In this document: positions 6,687 to 14,776 of the stretch, in pieces
How the letters are laid out: the number at the start of each line of letters is the position of its first letter
Numbering within the stretch: position 1 is the first letter of the stretch
Translations under genes and position numbers: made by a program
The notes under the pieces: generated by a model
Database searches by the model: none
Told to the model about the DNA's origin: nothing
Seen by the model: the letters and a program-made list of their open reading frames with translations, nothing else
Assembly (NCBI GenBank): GCA_041686025.1
Contig: JAWLEP010000028.1
Coordinates: forward strand, 1 to 17,398
Source: Candidatus Fermentibacteraceae bacterium
Lineage (GTDB): Bacteria; Fermentibacterota; Fermentibacteria; Fermentibacterales; JCC-6
Length of the DNA: 17,398 nt
Direction of reading: 5' to 3'

Positions 6687-8542
6687 GTCAGCTGGGCCCC
6701 ATGGTAGAGGAAGGACTCCTTGCGGGAGAAGCCCTGGTTGAAGACCCACCGGATCCAGAGGACCCTGCCGTCACGGGCCGAGAAGCCCTCTATCATGGAG
6801 GCCGCCTCCGCCATGGCCCCCCGCATGCGCTCGGCCTGCGCGGGATCGGTGTGGTCCAGGTACATGTCCCACTCCAGGACCCCCATGGCCCCTTCGTCCA
6901 AGGGGGTCAGGAAGCCGAACGCCCCCCGTACGCCGCAGGACGTGCAGATATCCGCGAAGGCGTTGTGGATCTCCTCGATCTGCCCGATGTCGTCCAGGGG
7001 GACGTAGATGATGAAGGCCACCACGTGACCGTCCCGGCCCATGCGGGAGCTGACGATGCGGAATAGGTTGAGCCACAGCATGTCCGTCATCTCGGGCCTA
7101 TCGTAGAGCCTCCGGTAGGCTTCCCGCAGCTCCGGCTCCGCCGCCGAGGCCAGCTTCTCCGCTGAAGGGTCCAGGGCGGCCTCCACCAGCGGCAGCATGC
7201 CGGGGTCGGTCAGTATCTCGTAGGGGCGCCTTCCGCCCTCCAGGCCGCGGAGGATCTCCAGGAAGCCGTCCTCCTGCAGCGAGGGCATCCCCAGGATCAG
7301 CGCGGTCATCAGTTCCTGCTCCAGCACCGCCGGCGCCATCTCCCGGGCGGCCTCCAGGTGGTAGCGGTCTCCCATCACCAGAACCAGATGCTCCATGCCC
7401 AGGTCCTCGCCGAAGACGCTCCTCATCCTGTCGGCAAGCCCGGAGGTGGGAGCTATGAAGGTGCTAAGGTACTCTCCCCCCAGGACGCCGATGCCGGCTC
7501 CTATCCTGCGGGTGCCCAGCTCCCTGGCATACTCCATGGCGGACCGCATGTCGCCGAAGGGAACGGCGATGGCGGCCTCGTCCTCGGGGACGGGGTGGAG
7601 GCGGACCACCGCCTCTGTGCACACGCCGGGCTGCCCGAGCTCCTCCCGGCTGAAGGCGTAGAGGTTGGGCCCGTCCCGCTGCGACAGCGCGAAGACCTCG
7701 CCGGAACGGGATACGAACCGGGCGTCCACCACGTTGTCCGCTGCGGTTCCCAGGGAGCTGGAGAATAGGGAGAATATCCCCGAGCACGTTATGTTGGCGC
7801 AGTACAGGGCCGACGGTTCGGCGGCGTTGACCCGGAAGCCCCTGGCCGCAGCCTCACGCTGCAGCTCCATGGCGCTGATGCCGGCGCCCACCCGGACGGC
7901 CCGGTTGGGGATGTCGAACTCCATTCCCCTCATGCGTGCGGTGTCGATCACCACGCCGGGGCTGAGCACGAACCCCATCACCGACCCGCCGTTGCCCCGC
8001 ACGGCGTAGTCGACTCCCTTTCTGTCGCATGCTCTCACGGCAGCTGCGGTCTGGGCGGTGTCGGCCGGGAGCACCACGCATCGCGGCAGCGTATGGGCGG
8101 ACACGGGCGAGGGGTCGTTGGCGTAGGCGGTGAGGATGGCGGGGTCGGAGCTGACCCACCTGCGGCCCACAACCTCCCCCAGCTCGGCGGCCAGAGGGTC
8201 TTGGGGCGTCTGCTCCGGCCTTTCCCCGGCCGCAAGCCTATCCTCAACGTGCTCGCGGAGCTTCCGAATGACCCCCAGCGGCCGCAGGCCGGTGACGAAG
8301 TTGCACTGGAGGTCGCAGATGCCGCAGTCCGTGCACTCCCGGACCACGTCCACCAGCCCCGGGGTCAGCGGCAGGCCCCTGTCCAGGGCGGCCGAGGCTA
8401 TGTCCATCAGGCCCTGCGGGTAGTAGGAGACGAAGTGGTTCTTTCGGCCCGAGGGGCATACGCCCGTGCCCAGGGAGTCGATCTTGCACATGGCGTAGTG
8501 ACGGCACTGAGCCGCGGTCCGGGCCGCCTTCACGATATCCAT
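6683..8542 (-). CDS. FAD-binding oxidoreductase (VAO/PCMH, GlcD/AGPS-like family) with N-terminal Fe-S cluster domain
   Basis: N-terminal CRHYAMC...VCPS and CTDCGICDLQC. The FAD_binding_4-like segment reads PRCVVLPADT...VRGNGGS...VVIDTARM...VRVGAG...G...DNV, followed by GVCTEAVVRLHPVP. GGAG RBS upstream of the ATG. Confidence 0.75.
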   Translation of the reverse strand: MDIVKAARTAAQCRHYAMCKIDSLGTGVCPSGRKNHFVSYYPQGLMDIASAALDRGLPLTPGLVDVVRECTDCGICDLQCNFVTGLRPLGVIRKLREHVEDRLAAGERPEQTPQDPLAAELGEVVGRRWVSSDPAILTAYANDPSPVSAHTLPRCVVLPADTAQTAAAVRACDRKGVDYAVRGNGGSVMGFVLSPGVVIDTARMRGMEFDIPNRAVRVGAGISAMELQREAAARGFRVNAAEPSALYCANITCSGIFSLFSSSLGTAADNVVDARFVSRSGEVFALSQRDGPNLYAFSREELGQPGVCTEAVVRLHPVPEDEAAIAVPFGDMRSAMEYARELGTRRIGAGIGVLGGEYLSTFIAPTSGLADRMRSVFGEDLGMEHLVLVMGDRYHLEAAREMAPAVLEQELMTALILGMPSLQEDGFLEILRGLEGGRRPYEILTDPGMLPLVEAALDPSAEKLASAAEPELREAYRRLYDRPEMTDMLWLNLFRIVSSRMGRDGHVVAFIIYVPLDDIGQIEEIHNAFADICTSCGVRGAFGFLTPLDEGAMGVLEWDMYLDHTDPAQAERMRGAMAEAASMIEGFSARDGRVLWIRWVFNQGFSRKESFLYHGAQLT

Positions 8543-8576
8543 GGGGGCTCTCCATTCAGGGGCTGGAAGGGTCTGC

Positions 8577-10064
8577 TCAGAGGGGCAGGTCCTCTCCGAT
8601 AAGGTTGGCCGAGATCCTGGCGGACTCGTAGATGGTGGGAAGCCCCGAGCCCGGATGGGTTCCGCCGCCTACGATGTAGCAGCGGCCCACGTCCTCGAAC
8701 CTGTTGTGGGGCCTGAAATAGAGCATCTGCATGATGTTGTGCCCCAGGTTGAAGGTGGCCCCGTGCAGTATCGAGTACCCGTCCCGCCAGTCCAGGGGGG
8801 TGAGGACCTTCTCGTAGAGTATGTGGTCCTCCAGGCCCTTCATGGAGGTGCGATCGGTGATCCTGTCCATCACCCTGGCCCGGAAGCTTCGCACCAGGTC
8901 GGGCGTCCATTCGATGGGCGCGCGGGTATTGGGCACCGGGACCAGGACGTAGAGGGCGGTATGGCCCTCCGGGGCCAGTGTGCCGTCGGTGACGGTGGCG
9001 TTGCGGACGTAGACGGAGACGTCCTCGGAGAGGACCTCCTCTCCCATGATCTCGTTGATGTTTCGCTGGTAGTCGTTGGCCAGGATTATCTGGTGGTGCG
9101 GCTCGTCGTAGGTGGTATCCAGCCCCAGATAGAGCATGAAGGTGGAGCAGGAGTAGTGGGCCCTCTGGAGCCTGTCCGGGCCCCACTTGCGGACCAGGCC
9201 GGGCTCGAAGAGCTCGGTGGCCGCGTATCCGAAGTCGGCGTTGACCACCACCGCGTCGAACTCCTCCTTCGTTCCGTCGGCCAGCTCCACGCCGGAAGCC
9301 ATCTTGCGGCCATCGGTGACGATGCGCCTGACGGGCGTGGACAGCAGCATCTCCCCGCCCTCCTCCTCGATGACCCTGGCCATGGCCTGTGAGATGTTGG
9401 AGAGGCCGCCCTCCACGTGCTCTATGCCGAAGAAGTGCTCGACGTAGGGGATCATGGCGTACAGGCCGGGGCAGCTCCAGGGCGACATGCCCAGGTACTT
9501 GGCCTGGAAGGTGAAGGATATCCGCAGGTCGGGGTCGTCGAAGTAGTCTCCCAGAACGCTGTACAGCGACCGGCCGGCGGAAAGGTGGGGCAGGGCCCTC
9601 AACAGCTGCGGCGAGGTCATGGAGAGCAGGTTGCCGTAGGGTACCTTCAGGCAGGGGTACATGTAGCGGTAGCGGACGCTCTCCCTCTCCAGGAAGCGGT
9701 CGAAGCCCTCCTCCTGGCCGGGGAACTTCTCGGCTATCCGCTGGCGGGTGACGTCGTTGTCCCGGGAGGGGTCGAAGCTTACCTCGCGGAAGTTCAGCCG
9801 GTACATGGGGTCCATGTGCACGATGCGGCAGTAGTCTTCCAGGTCTCTTCCCGCCGCCTCGAACATCTCGCGCAGCACGAAGGTCATCATCAGGAATGTG
9901 GGGCCGGTGTCGAAGGTGTAGTCGCCGGCGGTTATGGCCGCGCTCCTGCCACCCACCCGGTCGGCCTTCTCGAAGACCTTTACGCTGTAGCCCCTGTGGG
10001 CCAGCAGCATGGCTGCCGTAAGCCCGCCGGGACCTGCACCCACAACGGCTATCCTCCTGGTCAT
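8577..10064 (-). CDS. crtN: 4,4'-diapophytoene desaturase (CrtN, phytoene desaturase family)
   Basis: VVGAGPGGL, FDTGPTFLMM, FQAKYLGMSPW, YSCSTFMLYLG, RPHNRFE and GGGTHPGSGLPTIYESARIS, as in C30-type CrtN (e.g. Methylomonas CrtN, from recall). ATG 10064 with GGGAGG at 10070-10075. Confidence 0.88.
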   Translation of the reverse strand: MTRRIAVVGAGPGGLTAAMLLAHRGYSVKVFEKADRVGGRSAAITAGDYTFDTGPTFLMMTFVLREMFEAAGRDLEDYCRIVHMDPMYRLNFREVSFDPSRDNDVTRQRIAEKFPGQEEGFDRFLERESVRYRYMYPCLKVPYGNLLSMTSPQLLRALPHLSAGRSLYSVLGDYFDDPDLRISFTFQAKYLGMSPWSCPGLYAMIPYVEHFFGIEHVEGGLSNISQAMARVIEEEGGEMLLSTPVRRIVTDGRKMASGVELADGTKEEFDAVVVNADFGYAATELFEPGLVRKWGPDRLQRAHYSCSTFMLYLGLDTTYDEPHHQIILANDYQRNINEIMGEEVLSEDVSVYVRNATVTDGTLAPEGHTALYVLVPVPNTRAPIEWTPDLVRSFRARVMDRITDRTSMKGLEDHILYEKVLTPLDWRDGYSILHGATFNLGHNIMQMLYFRPHNRFEDVGRCYIVGGGTHPGSGLPTIYESARISANLIGEDLPL

Positions 10065-10086
10065 TCGAACCTCCCGGTCCTGCGCC

Positions 10087-11427
10087 CTAGAAGAGGCGCG
10101 CAAGCATCTTAATCAGTTTGCGTCCCACATGGTAGGGCGGATAGAGCATGGGCATCTCCAGCCGGGGGCTCTTTCGAACGACCGCCCTCTCCCAGGAGAA
10201 GTTGCGGAACCCCTCGATTCCCCTGTACCGCCCGAAGCCGCTGCCGCCCACCCCTCCGAAGCCGATGGAGGAGGAGACTATCCTGTGCAGCGTTCCGTTG
10301 ATGGTGATCGACCCGGCTCTGACCCTGGATGTGAGAAGCTCCTCCATGCCCCGGGCGTCCCTTGAGAATCCGTAGGCGGCCAGGGGCGAGTCGTCTCCCC
10401 GTCCCACGCTCAGCATCTCGCCCTCGGGGGAGTCGGTGGGGACCACGGGCAGGATGGGGCCGAAGATCTCCTCGCTCAGCAGCCTGGATCCGCGGTCCAC
10501 GTCGGCCAGAACCGTGGGGGCGACGTACAGATCCTCCCGGCTGGCGCCCCCGCCGGTCACCGCCCGGCCCTCGGCAAGCATCGGGGCCAGGCGGTCGAAC
10601 GCCGTCCGGTCGATGATGCGGCCGTAGTCGGGAGAGGCGGAGGGGTCTTCTCCGTAGAAATCTTCCACCGCCGCCGCCATCTCCTCCAGGAACTCCTCTT
10701 CTACCGCTGCATGGACGAAGACGTGGTTGGGCGCCAGGCAGGTCTGGCCGGCCCCGAAGAACCTGCCCCAGGCGATCCGTCTGGCGGCCGTGCGCAGATG
10801 TGCGTCCCGGGCCACGAAGCAGGGATTGGCTCCGCCCAGCTCCAGGACCACGGGAACCGGCCGGGAGGCCGCATCGGCCATCACCTTCCGGCCCGTGGCG
10901 CGGGAGCCGGTGAAGCAGACGATGTCGGCCGCGTTGCGGACCAGCCGGCTGGCCGTGTCTCCGCCGCCGGCTGCAACGGCGGCCAGTTCCGGCTCGAAGT
11001 ACTCGGCCACGATCTCGGTCAGGGCGGCGGCCGTCTCCGGAGCCCGCTCGGACGGCTTCAGGATCACCGTGTTTCCGGCCGCCAGGGCACTGACCATGGG
11101 AGAGAGGAGGAGCCCCGCGGGGTAGTTCCAGGGGCCTATTATCACCGCGGTTCCGTAGGGCCGGCGGCCGGCACGCACAGATCCCGGGAGCATGGTGGGG
11201 GAGGGCCTCAGGGTGTACCCGGCTGCCCAGTCGTGGATGTTGTCGAGCACGTGGGAGATGTCCGCCAGGGCAAGGCCGGGCTCCGCGCTCCAGGATTCCA
11301 GCCAGCACCTGCCCAGGTCGCGGGCTATGGCAGCTGCGATATCCTCGCCCCGGGACCGAAGCATGCTTCGCATGGTCTCCAGGGCCCGTACCCGGGCGTC
11401 AACGGGGATGGTGGCCTGTGAGCGCAT
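10087..11427 (-). CDS. aldH: Aldehyde dehydrogenase (ALDH3-like; diapocarotenoid aldehyde dehydrogenase by context)
   Basis: PWNYP, LKPSE, FTGS, LELGG (catalytic Glu), GQTC (catalytic Cys) and EEIFGP. Lies directly upstream of crtN. The start may be further upstream. Confidence 0.85.
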   Translation of the reverse strand: MRSQATIPVDARVRALETMRSMLRSRGEDIAAAIARDLGRCWLESWSAEPGLALADISHVLDNIHDWAAGYTLRPSPTMLPGSVRAGRRPYGTAVIIGPWNYPAGLLLSPMVSALAAGNTVILKPSERAPETAAALTEIVAEYFEPELAAVAAGGGDTASRLVRNAADIVCFTGSRATGRKVMADAASRPVPVVLELGGANPCFVARDAHLRTAARRIAWGRFFGAGQTCLAPNHVFVHAAVEEEFLEEMAAAVEDFYGEDPSASPDYGRIIDRTAFDRLAPMLAEGRAVTGGGASREDLYVAPTVLADVDRGSRLLSEEIFGPILPVVPTDSPEGEMLSVGRGDDSPLAAYGFSRDARGMEELLTSRVRAGSITINGTLHRIVSSSIGFGGVGGSGFGRYRGIEGFRNFSWERAVVRKSPRLEMPMLYPPYHVGRKLIKMLARLF

Positions 11428-11502
11428 ATGGCTCCGCTGCGCCCGGGCCAGATCTGCGGGGTCGGGATGCCCTGCGATGACGCTCCCTTCGATGGGGACG
11501 GG

Positions 11503-11940
11503 CTACTTCAGCTCTATCTCCAGATGCAGCGTGTCGGCGCTCAGCACCACCAGGGCGTCCTCGAAGTCCGGAGGCCCCGTCCTGCCCCTGACGTTGTTGG
11601 AGAACCCGTAGCTCTCCGATGGAACGCCGAAGAGGCCCCTGTCGAACACGCTGTCGGCGTCCTCGTCGTGAAAGGCGGCGAGGGCGTAGCTTCCCGGCCC
11701 GAGCCCGGCGATGGCCATGAGAACCGTATCCGCCGATACCGGGGAGGATACCCGCTTTGCCGAGAACTCCACCTCTTCGGGCCAGAAGTCCTCGGAGTCG
11801 AAAACGGCGATGCGGGCCATGCCGTCCAGGGAAGAGAACCCGGTGAGCATGACCAGAACGACCGGCCCGGAATCGGCCTCCTCCGCCGGACCTGAGGCCG
11901 CCGACAGCAGTGCCAGCAGCACGGGAATGCACGAAGGCAT
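11503..11940 (-). CDS. DUF2141 family exported protein
   Basis: Signal-peptide-like N-terminus MPSCIPVLLALLSAA, then PGSYALAAFHDED...GLFGVPSESYGFSNN...GPPDFEDA, typical of DUF2141. ATG 11940 with GGGAGG at 11945-11950. Confidence 0.85.
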   Translation of the reverse strand: MPSCIPVLLALLSAASGPAEEADSGPVVLVMLTGFSSLDGMARIAVFDSEDFWPEEVEFSAKRVSSPVSADTVLMAIAGLGPGSYALAAFHDEDADSVFDRGLFGVPSESYGFSNNVRGRTGPPDFEDALVVLSADTLHLEIELK

Positions 11941-12074
11941 CTTACCTCCCTGACTCGATATTGCCCTTGACAGCCATATCATAACGGTACGGGGCGTTCG
12001 TCGGTACTCCGTCCCGCCGCACACCGGCCCGAAGCTCACAACCGTCCGCCGCCGTTCCCGGCGGGCGCTTTACA

Positions 12075-12104
12075 TTGACCAAAGCGAACCCGGCCGGGTA
12101 TCAT
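12075..12104 (+). promoter_or_regulatory. Putative sigma70-type promoter of the crtNb-crtQ-crtO operon
   Basis: TTGACC (12075-12080), 18-bp spacer, TATCAT (12099-12104); ends 66 bp upstream of the ATG at 12171, in the divergent intergenic region. Confidence 0.55.
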
Positions 12105-12170
12105 CAGTCTGGCTTCAGGGAGCGCAGATCCTGTTCCCACGACTGTCCAGGGCGAAACGGAAGGGCGGCA

Positions 12171-13664
12171 ATGACTGAGTCCGGCGCCGAGAAGGCCGTT
12201 GTCATCGGTTCGGGGCTGGGAGGGATATCGGCCTCGATCTCGCTGGCCCAGGAGGGCTGGGACGTAAGCGTATACGAGAGGAACCCCAAGATCGGGGGCA
12301 AGCTCAACTTCCTCCAGGCCGAGGGTTACTCCTTCGACCTGGGCCCCTCCATCCTCACCCTTCCGCATCTCTTCGAGGACCTGTTCAGCCGGTCGGGGAG
12401 GAAGATGAGGGACTACATCCCGATCCGCCGGGTGAGGCCGCACTGGCGCAACTTCTTCGACGACGGCAAGGTGATAGACCTATACCCCGAGCAGGACCTC
12501 ATGGCCCGGCAGGCGCGGGAAGCGGGCGAGGACCCTTCGGCGGTGGAGGAGTTCCTCTCCTACTCCGCCGGGCTCTACGACCTCGTGGACAGGGGCTACT
12601 TCCGCGAGGGCCTGGACACGGCGAAGGAGTTCGGGGAGTTCTACGGTCTGGCCGCCTTCCCGAAGTTCGACATCTTCCGGACCATGCACCAGGGGGTGAA
12701 GCGCTACCTGAAGAGCCCGTACATGCGCGACATCTTCGACTTCTTCATCAAGTACGTGGGCTCGTCGGCCCTGAGGGCGCCGGCCTTTATGAACTGCCTT
12801 CCCACCATACAGTTCCGTCACGACCTCTGGTACGTGGACGGCGGCATGTACAACATCGCCCGGGGGCTGGGCCGCCTCATGGACGAGCTGGGAGTCGAGG
12901 TTCACGTCGATTCCGAGGTGGCCGCCATCCTCCCCGACGGGAACCGGGTGGGGGGAGTGCGCCTGGCCGACGGCTCGAAGGTGGAAGCCGACATAGTGGT
13001 CTCCAACATGGAGGTGATTCCCGCCTACCGCGACCTCCTGGGGGAGGACGAGTCCTTCATGAAGGGTCTGAGGAAGTTCGAGCCCGCCTGCTCCGGTCTG
13101 GTGCTGGACCTGGGCCTGGACACCGAGTACCCGCAGCTGGCTCACCACAACTTCTTCTTCTCGGGGAACCAGAAGGATCACTTCAAGAGCGTGTTTCGCA
13201 AGAAGGTCCTTCCCGAAGACCCCACCATCTACCTGGTGGCCGCCTCCAAGACCGACCCCACGGTGGCCCCGGAGGGATGCGACTGCCTGAAGATACTGCC
13301 CCACATCCCCTACATAGACGACGAGAACCCCATTTCCCGCGGGGAGTACATGGAGTTCAAGGAGCGCATCCTCGACAAGCTGGAGCGAATGGGCCTCTCG
13401 GGGCTGCGGGAGCGCACGGTGTTCGAGCACGTCTGGACCCCCCACGACATCCGCGAGAACTACCGGTCCAATCGGGGCTCGATCTACGGGGTGGTGTCCG
13501 ACCGGTTCCGAAACTTCGCCTTCAAGGCCCCCAAGCACAGCACGAGGTACGAAAACCTCTGGTTCGTGGGCGGCAGCGTGAATCCCGGAGGGGGCATGCC
13601 CATGGTGGTGCTCAGCGGCATAAACGCCGCCCGGGAGATCTCGTCCCGGGGCAGCGGTGAGTGA
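12171..13664 (+). CDS. crtNb: 4,4'-diapolycopene/diaponeurosporene oxidase (CrtNb/CrtP, phytoene desaturase family)
   Basis: VIGSGLGG, GGKLN, FDLGPSILTLPH, PHWRNFF, FIKYVGSS, VVSNMEVIP, YPQLAHHNFF and GGSVNPGGGMPMV motifs, characteristic of the CrtNb/CrtP clade. 497 aa from ATG 12171. Confidence 0.85.
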   Translation: MTESGAEKAVVIGSGLGGISASISLAQEGWDVSVYERNPKIGGKLNFLQAEGYSFDLGPSILTLPHLFEDLFSRSGRKMRDYIPIRRVRPHWRNFFDDGKVIDLYPEQDLMARQAREAGEDPSAVEEFLSYSAGLYDLVDRGYFREGLDTAKEFGEFYGLAAFPKFDIFRTMHQGVKRYLKSPYMRDIFDFFIKYVGSSALRAPAFMNCLPTIQFRHDLWYVDGGMYNIARGLGRLMDELGVEVHVDSEVAAILPDGNRVGGVRLADGSKVEADIVVSNMEVIPAYRDLLGEDESFMKGLRKFEPACSGLVLDLGLDTEYPQLAHHNFFFSGNQKDHFKSVFRKKVLPEDPTIYLVAASKTDPTVAPEGCDCLKILPHIPYIDDENPISRGEYMEFKERILDKLERMGLSGLRERTVFEHVWTPHDIRENYRSNRGSIYGVVSDRFRNFAFKAPKHSTRYENLWFVGGSVNPGGGMPMVVLSGINAAREISSRGSGE

Positions 13665-14776
13665 TACTCGGCGCCCTGGTCCTGCTGCTTCTGCTTGCCG
13701 GCTGGCTGGTCCTGTGGAGGGTCCCGCTCTGCAGGGCTGAGCCCGGCGATGGGCTCGGGTCCCGCACCCTGTCCGTCATCGTGCCGGCGAGGAACGAGGA
13801 GGGAGCCGTGGGCCGGCTGGTGGGGTCGCTTCTCGGCCAGGACCCCCCGCCGGACGAGGTTCTGGTTGTGGATGACGACTCCGGCGACGCCACTGCCGAG
13901 GAGGCCGCGGCCGCCGGGGCTCGCGTTGTGAGCTCACGCCCTCTGCCGGAGGGATGGAGGGGCAAGACCTGGGCCTGCCACCAGGGCGCGCGGGAGGCGG
14001 CCGGAGACCTCCTGCTCTTCGCCGATGCCGACGTCTGGTTCGAGCCCGGCGGGCTGAGAAGGCTTGCAGGCACCTGGTCCCGCACCGGCGGCGCCCTCTC
14101 GGTGGTCCCCTTCCATCGGACGAAGCGTGCGTACGAGAGCCTGTCGGCCTTCTTCAACCTGGCCATGGTCATGGGCATCGGGGCCTTCACCTTCCGGGGT
14201 GACAGGCTGGAGCCGGCGGGGCTGTTCGGCCAGCTGCTGCTGCTGCGGGCCGATGACTACCACCGCAGCGGAGGCCACCGGGCCGTGCGGGGGAGGATAC
14301 TGGAGAACCTCTTCCTGTCCCGCCGGCTGCGGAGTGCGGGCACGCCCCTTCGCTGCCGCGGGGGGCGGGGGACGGCCTCCATGCGCATGTACCCCGGCGG
14401 CACCGGGGAGCTGGCGGAGGGCTGGAGCAAGGCCTTCGTCTCCGGCGCCGGAGGAGTTCCCCCCCGGCTCATGGTGCCCATAGTGGCCTGGATGACGGGT
14501 CTGGTTCTCTGCCTGCCGCTGACGGTCCTGGCGCTGGCGGGTCATCCTGCCGCGCCGGTCTGGTGGCTGGCGGCATATCCGCTGTGCTGCCTGCAGCTCT
14601 TCCTGATGCTCCGCAGGATAGGGTCCTTCCACCCCCTGACCTGGCTGGCCTATCCGGTTCCACTGGCCTTCTTCTTCGGGCTGATGACGGTCTCTGCGCT
14701 GAAGCGGGCCCGGGGCGGCGGGGTAAGCTGGAAGGGCAGGCGTATCGAGGGAGGGAGCGACGGCGTTGACGGCTGA
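13661..14776 (+). CDS. crtQ: GT2 glycosyltransferase, 4,4'-diaponeurosporenoate glycosyltransferase-like
   Basis: SVIVPARNEE, VVDDDSGDAT, GWRGKTWAC, FADAD (DxD), terminal hydrophobic helices and VSWKGR tail. GTGA overlap with crtNb. Confidence 0.82.
   Translation: MILGALVLLLLLAGWLVLWRVPLCRAEPGDGLGSRTLSVIVPARNEEGAVGRLVGSLLGQDPPPDEVLVVDDDSGDATAEEAAAAGARVVSSRPLPEGWRGKTWACHQGAREAAGDLLLFADADVWFEPGGLRRLAGTWSRTGGALSVVPFHRTKRAYESLSAFFNLAMVMGIGAFTFRGDRLEPAGLFGQLLLLRADDYHRSGGHRAVRGRILENLFLSRRLRSAGTPLRCRGGRGTASMRMYPGGTGELAEGWSKAFVSGAGGVPPRLMVPIVAWMTGLVLCLPLTVLALAGHPAAPVWWLAAYPLCCLQLFLMLRRIGSFHPLTWLAYPVPLAFFFGLMTVSALKRARGGGVSWKGRRIEGGSDGVDG

Noticed and set aside
11967..12080. CarH/LitR-type operator suggested by TTGACA (11967-11972) and TTTACA (12069-12074)
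   Set aside because: No 11-bp-periodic tandem TnnACA repeats around either site, and the TTGACA has no properly spaced -10.
12075..12170. ORF-track N-terminal extensions of crtNb (from 12075), crtN (10103), DUF2141 (12039), SDR (6749) and the reductase (4247)
   Set aside because: Downstream starts fit RBS position, gene overlaps or family N-termini better; the TTG at 12075 coincides with the predicted -35 box.
194..13664. Ladderane-type cluster (B12-radical SAM plus phytoene-desaturase-like genes)
   Set aside because: No ACP or fatty acid synthase genes are present, and the desaturases fit CrtN and CrtNb alongside crtQ and crtO.
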